Below are positions 18,183 through 27,665 of a DNA stretch of 64,000 bases, piece by piece. The stretch spans positions 149-64,148 of the forward strand of contig CAYRQL010000008.1 of the NCBI GenBank assembly GCA_964426525.1, given 5' to 3'. A model generated the notes under the pieces. That model did not search any database and was not told the DNA's origin. It worked only from the letters and a program-made list of their open reading frames with translations. Each line of letters starts with the position of its first letter. Position 1 is the stretch's first letter. Position numbers and translations under genes: made by a program. The stretch is from an uncultured Actinomycetota bacterium. Its GTDB lineage: Bacteria; Actinomycetota; Aquicultoria; SKW223; CALKMS01.

Positions 18183-19269
18183 TCGGGGCAAAGCAGCAAA
18201 TGAGGAAATTTTTCGGGGAGTTTTCGAACTCTTAGCTCCCGGAACAGATTTAAGAGAAGCAGTTGAGCAAATCTTAAGCGGGCGGACAGGAGCTTTGATA
18301 ATTATAGGCGACTTACCTGAAGTGTTGAAAATTTCTGACGGTGGAATAAAAGTTGACTGTCCTTTAACAGCTGCCCGGTTGACTGAATTAACTAAGATGG
18401 ATGGGGCAATTTTAGTCGATGAAAAAAAAGACCGCATTTTAATGGCTAATGTCCACCTCAACCCAAGCTCGAAAATAAAGACCTCTGAAACAGGAATGAG
18501 ACATAGAACGGCTGAAAGAGTTTCTCGCCAGACCAATGCTTTAGCTATTGCTATTTCGCAGCGTCGAAGCATTGTCTCTCTTTACTTAAAGGGTTATAAG
18601 TATGTTTTGCCTCAAGTTGAGGTTTTGTTGGGTAAAGCCAACCAAGCTCTTCAAACCCTTGAAAGATATCGGGAGCGATTTGACAAAATGAGTTCAAACT
18701 TAACCCAACTGGAGTTTGCAGATGTTGCAACTCTGGCTGATGTGGTTAGCTCTATTCAGCGAGGAGAAATGGCAGCTCGGATAGCTCGAGAAGTTGAAAG
18801 ATACGTTGCTGAGCTGGGAGTTGAAGGTAGACTAATTAAGATGCAGCTTGAGGAGTTAGTCTCAGGCTTGGAAGAGGAAAGGTTGATGTTAATTAAGGAT
18901 TATGTCAAGAACGAAAAGAATTCAGAAAGAGTTTTGAAAGCTTTAGCCAATTTTTCTCTGGAAGAACTTTTAGACCCGACTCGAGTTGCTCAAGCTTTAG
19001 GTTATGATGGTGACCTGGAAAAAATGGAAGAAACTTTGCGGCCGCGGGGCTATCGAGTTTTAAGAAAGATTCCTCGCCTACCGCTTGGAGTTGTGAATAA
19101 AATTGTTGAAAAGTTTAAAATCTTACAAGAGATTTCTAAAGCAACCACCGATGAACTCGATGATGTTGAAGGGGTAGGCGAGATAAGGGCTAGGGCAATA
19201 CAACAGGGGTTGGAACGCATGAGAGAAGGGGCAAACACAGCTTCTTTCTTTTTGGATAAAGGAATCTAG
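18175..19269 (+). CDS. disA: DNA integrity scanning protein DisA (diadenylate cyclase)
   Basis: DAC domain (GALIIIGD, DGAILVDE) plus a C-terminal HhH domain. Conserved position after radA. Confidence 0.85.
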   Translation: MVNRGKAANEEIFRGVFELLAPGTDLREAVEQILSGRTGALIIIGDLPEVLKISDGGIKVDCPLTAARLTELTKMDGAILVDEKKDRILMANVHLNPSSKIKTSETGMRHRTAERVSRQTNALAIAISQRRSIVSLYLKGYKYVLPQVEVLLGKANQALQTLERYRERFDKMSSNLTQLEFADVATLADVVSSIQRGEMAARIAREVERYVAELGVEGRLIKMQLEELVSGLEEERLMLIKDYVKNEKNSERVLKALANFSLEELLDPTRVAQALGYDGDLEKMEETLRPRGYRVLRKIPRLPLGVVNKIVEKFKILQEISKATTDELDDVEGVGEIRARAIQQGLERMREGANTASFFLDKGI

Positions 19270-19270
19270 C

Positions 19271-20323
19271 ATGTATAGAGAGCTTATCAGGCTGATAGTA
19301 ATTTTTTTTCTCGTTTTATTATGTTACTTAATTTACTCTTTTTTCTCTCCGTTTTTTGAAAAACTCTACTCTCCAGATATTTCATACATTCTCTTTGTCC
19401 TTCTTTTTTTAGGCATTGGCTATCTTTTAGGTGGATATGTTGGTTATCATGCTGATCGAACGGCTAATTTGCTTGAACAGTCTTTAGAAAAAGTTCCCGC
19501 TATTGATTTTATTGTTATCGTTTTTGGCTTAATGGTTGGCTTGTTAGTAGCCGCTTTAATTTCGCTTCCTCTTTTTGTTTCTCCTTTTTCCTTTTCCTAT
19601 CCTTTGATTTTCTTAATTTTCTTTTTCTTTGGTGCGGGAGGTGTTTTTATAAGCTGGAGAAAGCGAGTTGAGTTCAAGAGTTTTGTTGGCGATACCAAGC
19701 AGGATGTTAATGAAACCAAAGTGAAGATCCTTGATACCAGCGCGGTGGTTGACGGACGAGTGGCTGACTTAAGAGAGCTGGGTATTTTAGAGGGTGAACT
19801 GGTTTTACCCTCTTTCGTTTTAAAGGAGATTCATAGCTTGGCTGACTCTTTTGATGATTTAAAGCGAGCTCGGGGGCGAAGAGCTCTGGAAGTTCTGGAA
19901 AGACTCAAGCTTCAAGGTGGGTTAATAATTGAGGCCAAGGATTACCCTCATATTGAAAGTGTTGATGACAAACTGATTAATCTGGCTGCTGAAATTAGCG
20001 GAACCATAGTCACTACCGATTATGGATTGAGTAAAGTAGCTTCAGTGGCTGGGAGGCTGGTTTTGAACCTCAATGAAGTGGCTGTTGCTTTGAAACAGGT
20101 TTATCTACCAGGCGAGAAAGTAAAAATAAAGGTAGTGAAAGAGGGTAAAGAAAGAGGTCAAGGGGCTGGCTATCTTGAGGATGGCACTCTGGTAGTAGTT
20201 GAAGATGGGAAGCGCTTTATTGGCAAGGAAGTTGAGGTTATAGTTACCGGCCTAATTCAAACCTCTTCCGGTAAAATAGTTTTTACTAAGCTTGCTGAGG
20301 GGAGTAAATGGTTGGAGCAGTAA
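19271..20323 (+). CDS. yacL: PIN/TRAM domain membrane protein (YacL family)
   Basis: N-terminal TM helices, PIN domain (ILDTSAVVDGR), and C-terminal TRAM domain. Confidence 0.8.
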   Translation: MYRELIRLIVIFFLVLLCYLIYSFFSPFFEKLYSPDISYILFVLLFLGIGYLLGGYVGYHADRTANLLEQSLEKVPAIDFIVIVFGLMVGLLVAALISLPLFVSPFSFSYPLIFLIFFFFGAGGVFISWRKRVEFKSFVGDTKQDVNETKVKILDTSAVVDGRVADLRELGILEGELVLPSFVLKEIHSLADSFDDLKRARGRRALEVLERLKLQGGLIIEAKDYPHIESVDDKLINLAAEISGTIVTTDYGLSKVASVAGRLVLNLNEVAVALKQVYLPGEKVKIKVVKEGKERGQGAGYLEDGTLVVVEDGKRFIGKEVEVIVTGLIQTSSGKIVFTKLAEGSKWLEQ

Positions 20324-20991
20324 TACCGGCGGCTGGTCAGGGTCAGAGAATGGGGAAGAAGAAACAGTTTTTGCCTTTATTAGGCAAACCTCTTCTTTTC
20401 TGGACTTTAAAAGCTTTTGAAAAATGTGCAGCGGTTGATTGCCTGGTTTTAGTGGTAAATGTCGAGGAGATGAGTAAAGCGGTTGAAATGATTCAGAAGG
20501 AAAATTTAAAAAAAGTGGTGACAGTTGTTGAGGGAGGACGGCGAAGGCAAGATTCAGTGGTAAAAGGGTTTGAAGCTTTACCTGAAGCAGTGGAGGTAGT
20601 GGTAATACACGATGGAGCTCGACCTCTAATTAAGCCAGATATAATTACTCGATCAGTTAAAGATTTAAGTTTTTTTGATGGCTTGGTGGTAGCGGTTCCA
20701 GCTGTTGATACTTTGAAAGAAGTTAGTCAGGGCTTGGTTATGAGAACCTTAGAGCGGCGGTTTATCTGGCAGGCGCAGACGCCTCAGGTCTTCAAGAAAA
20801 GAGTTCTAACTAGAGTCTTCCGAGTTGTAGAAAGGGAGAATCTTGAGTTTACTGATGAAGCCACAGCGGTTGAAACCTTAGGTTATAAAGTAGGAGTGAT
20901 GCTGGGAGATTATACAAACTTTAAAATCACTACTCCTCTCGATTTATTTTTAGCGGAAGCGGTCTTAAGGGAAAGATGCGAGTCGGAATAG
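20308..20991 (+). CDS. ispD: 2-C-methyl-D-erythritol 4-phosphate cytidylyltransferase
   Basis: 227 aa. N-terminal IPAAGQGQRMG motif. Confidence 0.9.
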   Translation: MVGAVIPAAGQGQRMGKKKQFLPLLGKPLLFWTLKAFEKCAAVDCLVLVVNVEEMSKAVEMIQKENLKKVVTVVEGGRRRQDSVVKGFEALPEAVEVVVIHDGARPLIKPDIITRSVKDLSFFDGLVVAVPAVDTLKEVSQGLVMRTLERRFIWQAQTPQVFKKRVLTRVFRVVERENLEFTDEATAVETLGYKVGVMLGDYTNFKITTPLDLFLAEAVLRERCESE

Positions 20992-21458
20992 GCTTTGATG
21001 TCCACCCTTTTTTTCCGGGAAGGAAGCTTTTTCTAGCTGGGGTGGAAATTCCTTATGCTTTAGGGTTAGGAGGGCACTCAGATGCTGATGTAGCTTTGCA
21101 TGCCTTGATGGATGCTTTACTGGGAGCAGCTGCCCTTCCAGAAATTGGCTATTTTTTTCCTGATAAAGATGAGAAATGGAAAAATGCTTCTTCAATTGAA
21201 CTTTTGAAAAAGGTTGTCAGTACAGTATTTTCAACGGGTTTTCAAATAGTTAATGTTGATTTAGTGATTATTGCAGAGGAGCCTATACTGGCTCCTTATC
21301 GGGATAGAATGAAAGAAAACATTGCTCAGGTTCTGGGATTGGAACCCGGGCGGATTGGAGTTAAAGCTACTTCTACGGAAAAACTTGGGTTTGTTGGTCG
21401 AAAAGAAGGAATAGCAGCTCAGGCGGTAGTTTTGCTGCAGGAGAAAAATGAAGGTTAG
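20976..21458 (+). CDS. ispF: 2-C-methyl-D-erythritol 2,4-cyclodiphosphate synthase
   Basis: 160 aa IspF-like (GIGFDVH). Confidence 0.9.
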   Translation: MRVGIGFDVHPFFPGRKLFLAGVEIPYALGLGGHSDADVALHALMDALLGAAALPEIGYFFPDKDEKWKNASSIELLKKVVSTVFSTGFQIVNVDLVIIAEEPILAPYRDRMKENIAQVLGLEPGRIGVKATSTEKLGFVGRKEGIAAQAVVLLQEKNEG

Positions 21459-22866
21459 AGTTAGATTTGCTCCTTCTCCAACTGGCTTTCTTCATTTGGG
21501 TGGAGCCCGGACGGCTCTTTTTAATTTTCTTTTTGCTAAGTCTCAAAGAGGTGATTTTATTTTAAGAATTGAAGACACCGATATTGCCAGACAAATTGAG
21601 GGTGCGGTCGAAGAAATAATCTTCTCTTTGCGCTGGCTGGGTTTAAACTGGGATGAGGGCCCCGATATTGGAGGCAAATATGGGCCTTATCGACAAAGCC
21701 AGCGCTTAGAAATTTACCAGCAAAAACTCGAGGAACTAAAGAAGAAAGGCGTTGTCTATCCTTGCTTTTGTTTAAGTGAAAAGATTCCAGAACAGACTCT
21801 TGGCAAAACTCAGCCTTGTGATTGTTCGAAATTGACCAAGTCTGAAATAGCTCGGCTTTCTAAAGACTCATCTTGCGCCTGGAGGTTTAAGGTTCCTTCA
21901 GGCAGAGTGAAGTGGAAAGACTTAGTCAAAGGAGTTATAGAAGTTGATTCTTCATACTTTGGGGATTTTGTCGTTATGAAAAGCAACGGCCAGCCTTCGT
22001 TTCATTTCGCTGTGGTAGTGGACGATGCCTTAATGAAAATAACTCATGTAATAAGGGGTGAAGATCATTTAACTAATACGATTTTCCATCTTTTACTTTA
22101 TCAGGCGCTTGACCTCACCCTTCCGGAATTTGCTCACCTTTCTTTGTTAGTTGACAAAGATGGCAGCAAACTTTCAAAGAGAGAAAAAAGTTTTTCCGTT
22201 GGCCAGTTAAGAGAAGAAGGTTTCTTGCCAGAAGCCATTTTAAATTATCTGGCTTTAACTGGCTGGTCAACAGGAATTGAAGGGAAAGAAGTTTTAAGTA
22301 TTAATGAACTGGTCGAGCTTTTTTCTCTTGAACGGGTTGGCAAGGCTTCGAGCATCTTTGATTATTCTCGTTTGAAATGGTTGAACCACCAACATCTTAG
22401 TCGCATCAAAACTGAGCGAGCTCGAGAGCTTTTGTTTTTTTTTAAAGAGCCTGAGTGGCAAAAGATCATTGAACATCCTCGATTTGATTGTTTTTTTGAA
22501 CTAGTGAAAGAAAATCTTTCAACCTTAAAAGAACTTGAAAGTTATGCTCAAACGTTTTTGTTTGAAGAAACAGTTTTTAGTCAGGAGCAAAAGGACTTAA
22601 TAAAATCTGAGCGAGCTCAGAAAATATTACAAGGAATTGAGAGCTTAATTAAAGTAGAAGAGAGATTCAGTAAAGAAGCAGTAGAAGAACTAGTTGGCAA
22701 GTTTAAAAGGCTGGCAACCGAACTTGGACAGCCGGTGCAACTGGTGTTAAAGTTGTTGAGGTTAGTTTTGACAGCCAGAGAAGAAGGCCCACCTTTAGCC
22801 GATATTTTGCTTTATTATGGTAAAGAAAAAACTTTAGATATACTTAAGAAAGTTTTGAAAGGGTAG
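21448..22866 (+). CDS. gltX: glutamate--tRNA ligase
   Basis: 472 aa with HIGH-type motif (PSPTGFLHLG) and KLSKR. Contains a Cys-rich Zn-binding insertion. Confidence 0.9.
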   Translation: MKVRVRFAPSPTGFLHLGGARTALFNFLFAKSQRGDFILRIEDTDIARQIEGAVEEIIFSLRWLGLNWDEGPDIGGKYGPYRQSQRLEIYQQKLEELKKKGVVYPCFCLSEKIPEQTLGKTQPCDCSKLTKSEIARLSKDSSCAWRFKVPSGRVKWKDLVKGVIEVDSSYFGDFVVMKSNGQPSFHFAVVVDDALMKITHVIRGEDHLTNTIFHLLLYQALDLTLPEFAHLSLLVDKDGSKLSKREKSFSVGQLREEGFLPEAILNYLALTGWSTGIEGKEVLSINELVELFSLERVGKASSIFDYSRLKWLNHQHLSRIKTERARELLFFFKEPEWQKIIEHPRFDCFFELVKENLSTLKELESYAQTFLFEETVFSQEQKDLIKSERAQKILQGIESLIKVEERFSKEAVEELVGKFKRLATELGQPVQLVLKLLRLVLTAREEGPPLADILLYYGKEKTLDILKKVLKG

Positions 22867-22869
22867 AAA

Positions 22870-23559
22870 ATGAACCTTTTTTCCCGAATTAAGAGGGACA
22901 TACAGGTTATTAAAGAGCGAGACCCAGCAGCAAGCAATACACTGGAAATTTTGGTTGCCTACCCAGGACTTCATGCCATCTGGTTTCACCGCCTAAGTCA
23001 CTGGTTTTATCAGAAGGGTTTGAGAACAATTCCCCGTCTAATTTCCCATTTTGCTCGCTGGATGACAGGCATAGAAATTCATCCTGGCGCTACCATCGGC
23101 GAAGGGTTTTTTATTGACCACGGAATGGGGGTAGTTATTGGCGAAACGACAGAAATTGGGGAAAATGTTACTTTGTATCAAGGAGTGACTCTTGGAGGGA
23201 CAGGCAAAGAAAAAGGGAAAAGGCATCCTACCATAAGGGACAATGTGGTGATTTCAGCTGGTGCTACTATCTTAGGCCCAATAGAAATAGGTGAAAATTC
23301 AAGGGTTGGAGCTGGGGCAGTGGTAATTCAATCAGTTCCGCCAAACTCCACAGTAGTTGGCGTCCCTGGCCGGGTGGTAAGAAAAGAGGGCAGAAGGGTA
23401 CACCCGCTGGATTTACATCATGAGAGACTACCCGACCCGGTTTTGGAAACTTTTGGCACTATTTTTAAAAGGCTTGATAAACTGGAGTACTTCCTGGAAG
23501 AAGCGATAGGAGAAAAGAAGAAGGAAGGAAAGAAAAAGAAAAAAAGAACGAAAAAATGA
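22870..23559 (+). CDS. cysE: serine O-acetyltransferase with a Lys-rich C-terminal tail
   Basis: 229 aa hexapeptide-repeat acyltransferase. Ends with a poly-lysine tail ([15 protein letters not shown]). Confidence 0.85.
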   Translation: MNLFSRIKRDIQVIKERDPAASNTLEILVAYPGLHAIWFHRLSHWFYQKGLRTIPRLISHFARWMTGIEIHPGATIGEGFFIDHGMGVVIGETTEIGENVTLYQGVTLGGTGKEKGKRHPTIRDNVVISAGATILGPIEIGENSRVGAGAVVIQSVPPNSTVVGVPGRVVRKEGRRVHPLDLHHERLPDPVLETFGTIFKRLDKLEYFLEEAIGEKKKEGKKKKKRTKK

Positions 23560-25088
23560 AAATCCGCTTTTTAAACACTTTAGGCCGCGAAGTTCAAGAT
23601 TTTCAACCTCTGGAAGAAAAGGTAGTAAAAATGTATGTTTGCGGACCTACCGTTTACAACTACATTCATATTGGGAATGCTCGCTGTTATGTAGTTTTCG
23701 ATGTACTGAAACGCTTTTTAAAGTCACAAGGTTATAAAGTGATTCATGTCCAGAATTTTACTGATGTTGATGACAAAATAATTAATCGAGCGCGGGAAGA
23801 AGGTGTTTCTCCTTTGGAAATTAGCCAGAAGTATGAGGCGGCTTTCAAGGAAGATATGGAAGCTTTAGGGGTGGAAAAACCTGATTACACCCCTCGGGCT
23901 ACCGAGTTTGTCGACAAAATGATTGAAATAATTAAAGAATTAATTAAAAAAGGTTTTGCTTACGAGGTAGGGGGCGATGTTTATTTTCGAGTTGATAGTT
24001 TTCCCGACTACGGTCAACTTTCCGGTCGCAGCAAAGACGAGCTTTTAGCTGGTGCTCGAGTAGAAGTTGATGAAAGAAAAGAAAATCCTTTAGATTTCGC
24101 TCTCTGGAAAAGCGCTAAACCCGGCGAACCTTATTGGGAAAGTCCATGGGGAAAAGGAAGACCGGGCTGGCATATTGAGTGCAGTGCGATGTCATCAACT
24201 TTTTTTGGACCTACTTTCGATATTCATGGTGGAGGAGAAGACTTAATTTTTCCTCATCACGAAAATGAAATTGCTCAGTCAGAAGCTTTCAGTGGCGTCA
24301 AGCCTTTTGTTCGCTACTGGTTGCATAACGGGCTGCTGACGATTAGATCAGAAAAGATGGCAAAGTCAGTTGGCAACATTATCTTACTGAGAGAGGTTAT
24401 AAAAAAATATCATCCTAATGCTCTTCGATTTTTTTACCTTTCCACTAACTACCGTAATCAACTTGACTTCTCTGAAGAAAAAATTATCGAAGCGGTGAAA
24501 GCCTGGGAAAGATTAGAGCAAGCCTGGGATAGTCTCCAATTCTTCCTTCAGCTTGATAGCAGAAGTGAAATTAATATTTCAAAAGATGAGGAATTAGAGC
24601 AATTGACAAAGGCCTTTTCAGAATCAAAAAATATGTTTTTTGAGAGCTTAGCTAATGATTTAAATACAGCTCGGGCTCTGGCAGCCCTTTTTGAATTAGT
24701 TAGACAGGTGAATCGCTACCTTCAAGGTCGCCGTCTGCCTCTGAACGCTAAAGAAAGAGAGTTGTTTGCTTCAATTTCGGACTTTTTTTCGCAAACAGCT
24801 TACATTTTTGGTCTTCAGCTCGGTACCTATAAAGATGTTTACCTGGGGAAACGGCGTTCAGAGATAATTAGGCTCAAGCAAGAGCTTGGCTTAAAATCTG
24901 AAGAACTCAAAGAAATAATTGCCGAGATTTTGGAGCGTCGAGAAGAAGCTCGGATGAATAAAGATTGGATAGAAGCTGATTTTTTGAGAGATAAACTGAA
25001 AGATATTGGTGTTGAGGTTGAAGACACTCTTTTTGGTCCCCGTTGGCGTTTTCAAATGTTAGAAGGCAATGGAAGTAATAGCTGGTAA
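23556..25088 (+). CDS. cysS: cysteine--tRNA ligase
   Basis: 510 aa with HIGN and KMAKS motifs. Confidence 0.9.
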   Translation: MKIRFLNTLGREVQDFQPLEEKVVKMYVCGPTVYNYIHIGNARCYVVFDVLKRFLKSQGYKVIHVQNFTDVDDKIINRAREEGVSPLEISQKYEAAFKEDMEALGVEKPDYTPRATEFVDKMIEIIKELIKKGFAYEVGGDVYFRVDSFPDYGQLSGRSKDELLAGARVEVDERKENPLDFALWKSAKPGEPYWESPWGKGRPGWHIECSAMSSTFFGPTFDIHGGGEDLIFPHHENEIAQSEAFSGVKPFVRYWLHNGLLTIRSEKMAKSVGNIILLREVIKKYHPNALRFFYLSTNYRNQLDFSEEKIIEAVKAWERLEQAWDSLQFFLQLDSRSEINISKDEELEQLTKAFSESKNMFFESLANDLNTARALAALFELVRQVNRYLQGRRLPLNAKERELFASISDFFSQTAYIFGLQLGTYKDVYLGKRRSEIIRLKQELGLKSEELKEIIAEILERREEARMNKDWIEADFLRDKLKDIGVEVEDTLFGPRWRFQMLEGNGSNSW

Positions 25089-25809
25089 AAACTCAGTTAA
25101 GGAAAGTCTTTTATTTTCTCCTCGTCTCAAGGAAGTTTTTCTGATTGAAGACAAAAAGAGGGCTTTAGACGAGGTTGTTTCATTGGCTAAAGCCAGGAAA
25201 ATAAAAGTTAACTTCTTAAAAAGAAAAGATTTTTACAATAGGTTTCCCTACCCTGCTACTCAGGGGGTGGCTGCCCTTGTTGAGTCGTTTCCTTACCTGG
25301 AATTGGCCGATCTTTTAGAAAAAATTGGCACCAAGAAGGATGTTGTTTTAGTGGTCCTTGATGGAGTTGAAGACCCCCAAAACTTTGGCTCGCTTTTGCG
25401 ATCTATCGAATGCTTGGGAGGAGACGGCATAATAATCAGAAAAAAGAGATCAGTTAAGGTTACTACAGCTGTTTACAAAGTTTCGGCTGGGGCAGCCGAA
25501 AAAGTTCCAATCGCAATGGTTAATAACATTACTGCTTCCTTAAAGGAGTTGAAAAAAGAAGGCTTTTGGATTTTTGGTGCTGAAGCTGGAGTAAAGAAAA
25601 CTGTTTTCGATGTTAAACTTGAAGGGAAAATTGTCTTAGTTTTAGGAAGCGAGGGCCACGGACTTAGTCGTTTAGTCAAAAAGGAGTGCGATTACCTTTT
25701 TTCCATTCCTTTAAAAGGTAAAATTAGCTCTTTAAATGTGGCCGTTGCAGGAGCAATTTTGCTTTATGAGATTATGAGGAGAAAGAATGAAAATCCAGCT
25801 TTTCGTTGA
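25069..25809 (+). CDS. rlmB: 23S rRNA (guanosine-2'-O)-methyltransferase RlmB/TrmH family (YacO)
   Basis: SpoU/TrmH methyltransferase motifs. Conserved position after cysS. Confidence 0.8.
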   Translation: MEVIAGKNSVKESLLFSPRLKEVFLIEDKKRALDEVVSLAKARKIKVNFLKRKDFYNRFPYPATQGVAALVESFPYLELADLLEKIGTKKDVVLVVLDGVEDPQNFGSLLRSIECLGGDGIIIRKKRSVKVTTAVYKVSAGAAEKVPIAMVNNITASLKELKKEGFWIFGAEAGVKKTVFDVKLEGKIVLVLGSEGHGLSRLVKKECDYLFSIPLKGKISSLNVAVAGAILLYEIMRRKNENPAFR

Positions 25810-26263
25810 TGGCAATAACTGTTTGCATGCTTTGTTTCCCCAGTTGCCTCTGGAAGTAGCTCGGGAAAGACTGCAGAACTTCTTAATAAAACTGGCAAAC
25901 GAGAAAGACTTGGAGATAAAGGTTTTTTTTGACTGGCCTTTTCCGGAAAGGCAAGAGAAAAATTTGGGTGGGGTTAAATTGTTTTTTCCTCAATTGGGCG
26001 AGTCTGCTGACAAGTTGATTGAACAAGAAATTTTAAAGCTCTCAAACGAAAAATATTCGTATTTAGTAACCTCAGATAGGTCTTTGAGAGATTTAGCTCA
26101 ACTAAAAAAAGTCATTTGTTTAAAACCGTCCCAGCTTTTCAGTTTAGAAAGGGAAAAGGAAAAGAAATATTCCCAGGAAGAAATTTCTTATAAGATTGCC
26201 GACAGGATCAGCAAAGAAAGCTTGAGAAAACTTCAGGCTCTTAAGAAAAAAATAGGAATTTGA
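25787..26263 (+). CDS. yacP: NYN-domain ribonuclease-like protein (YacP/Rae1 family)
   Basis: 158 aa. N-terminal LFVDGNN motif. Conserved synteny with rlmB. Confidence 0.75.
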   Translation: MKIQLFVDGNNCLHALFPQLPLEVARERLQNFLIKLANEKDLEIKVFFDWPFPERQEKNLGGVKLFFPQLGESADKLIEQEILKLSNEKYSYLVTSDRSLRDLAQLKKVICLKPSQLFSLEREKEKKYSQEEISYKIADRISKESLRKLQALKKKIGI

Positions 26264-26302
26264 TATAATGAAGCAGATAAAAAGGCTTTTTTTATTTTCT
26301 TA

Positions 26303-26378
26303 AGCCGGCGTAGCTCAGTTGGTAGAGCAAGTGACTTGTAATCACTAGGTCACCCGTTCGAGTCGGGTCGCCGGCTCC
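26303..26378 (+). tRNA. tRNA-Thr (anticodon TGT)
   Basis: 76 nt cloverleaf, anticodon loop CTTGTAA, encoded CCA. Confidence 0.85.
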
Positions 26379-26553
26379 ATTTTTTTAAAAAATTTTTCTA
26401 CTTGCTTTTCCCCTTTTTTTCTTAGGCACTTCTTGTTGAGCGGAAAAGTTTAAGTAAAAACCTTGTTTGAAATGCTTTTTTATACTCAGTTCAGGTAAAG
26501 AAGCTGTTAAAAAAACGATTTTAATTCCTTTTTTTGGTAAGCAAAGAAAAAAC

Positions 26554-26582
26554 TTGACATATGCAGTATTAATGGTTAAAAT
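26554..26582 (+). promoter_or_regulatory. sigma-70 promoter TTGACA-17-TAAAAT
   Basis: Consensus -35, 17-bp spacer, near-consensus -10. Located 22 nt upstream of the DivIVA-domain gene. Confidence 0.5.
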
Positions 26583-26604
26583 TTAAAAAAAGAAGGAGTA
26601 AAAA

Positions 26605-26904
26605 ATGTTAAAACCGGAAGATGTAGAAAACAAAGCATTTACTCGTTCAATGATGGGTTATAACACTTCAGAAGTTGACCAATTTCTGGATGAAATTGTT
26701 CTCACTTTAAGAGAACTTAACAATAAGCTTGCAAAAGCTGAAGAGGAAGCTCAAAAAGCTAAAACAGCTGAGGCGGAAGCTAACAAGCGCTTGGCCGAGA
26801 TTGAGCAAGCCAAGCAAAAAATAATCGAGGAAGCTAAAATTGCGGCTAAAGAAATAATTGAAGCCGCAATAGCTAAAGCTAAAGAAATAAGCGGCCAGGT
26901 TTAG
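26605..26904 (+). CDS. small DivIVA-domain protein (GpsB/DivIVA-like)
   Basis: 99 aa. N-terminal DivIVA motif (EDVENKAFTRSMMGYNTSEVDQFLDEI) followed by an A/E/K-rich coiled coil. Confidence 0.7.
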   Translation: MLKPEDVENKAFTRSMMGYNTSEVDQFLDEIVLTLRELNNKLAKAEEEAQKAKTAEAEANKRLAEIEQAKQKIIEEAKIAAKEIIEAAIAKAKEISGQV

Positions 26905-26910
26905 CCTTTA

Positions 26911-26940
26911 TTGACAATCTTCCCTTCCTTTTTTTATTAT
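26911..26940 (+). promoter_or_regulatory. candidate promoter TTGACA-18-TATTAT for the tRNA-tuf cluster
   Basis: -35 consensus box with an AT-rich -10. Lies 50 nt upstream of tRNA-Tyr. Confidence 0.35.
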
Positions 26941-26990
26941 TCAAAAATCGGGTAAAAGCTTTGAACCTTGAAATTATTGCCATTTTTTAT

Positions 26991-27075
26991 GGGGGGGTGC
27001 CCGAGTGGCCAATGGGAGCGGGCTGTAAACCCGCCGGCGATGCCTACAGAGGTTCAAATCCTCTCCCCCCCACCA
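26991..27075 (+). tRNA. tRNA-Tyr (anticodon GTA), long variable arm
   Basis: 85 nt. G7/C7 acceptor stem, anticodon loop CTGTAAA, encoded CCA. Confidence 0.85.
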
Positions 27076-27157
27076 CTTATTTTAGCTATGATTTGCAGAA
27101 CTTGAGCGTTAGGGTTTGCTAAAAACGGTTGAAATACTCATTATTAGGTGCTCAACT

Positions 27158-27233
27158 GCCCACGTAGCTCAGGAGGTGGAGCACTTCCTTGGTAAGGAAG
27201 AGGTCACCGGTTCAAGTCCGGTCGTGGGCTCCA
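27158..27233 (+). tRNA. tRNA-Thr (anticodon GGT)
   Basis: 76 nt, anticodon loop TTGGTAA, encoded CCA. Confidence 0.85.
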
Positions 27234-27269
27234 GTTTGCTGGGAGCGGGCATCTATTTGTGGTTTCTAT

Positions 27270-27346
27270 GGCGGTGTAGCTCAGGTGGTTAGAGCACACG
27301 GCTCATACCCGTGGCGTCGCAGGTTCGACTCCTGCCACCGCTACCA
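27270..27346 (+). tRNA. tRNA-Met (anticodon CAT; could instead be an elongator or lysidine-Ile type)
   Basis: 77 nt, anticodon loop CTCATAC, encoded CCA. Confidence 0.8.
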
Positions 27347-27399
27347 GTAACAAAAAAGGCAGGTTTTTTCCCTGATTTCACAATCACTTTTTTGTTCTT

Positions 27400-27437
27400 G
27401 TCATTACGAGCGAACCGAAAGACGAGCATGGCGATCT
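27400..27437. repeat. solo arm fragment of the palindromic repeat family (GTCATTACGAGCG...GGCGATCT)
   Basis: Matches the left arms of the elements at 6699 and 62759. Confidence 0.5.
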
Positions 27438-27665
27438 TAGAAATTACTTTTTTACCCCAAAGCTTTTTTCGGCTTGTTATTTAATTTTTAAAAGTGATTA
27501 TCGTGACGCGGCGAAAAACTTGAAATAAAGATATAATCACCTGTTTAATAAGGTCAGGAAGCCCTGAGCCCAGGTTTTGTTGTGTATGGCAGTTGTATTC
27601 TTTATTTTTTTGTGGTTAAATTTCTTTTTATCCAGTTTATTATTTAGGGTAAATTATTTAGGGTA

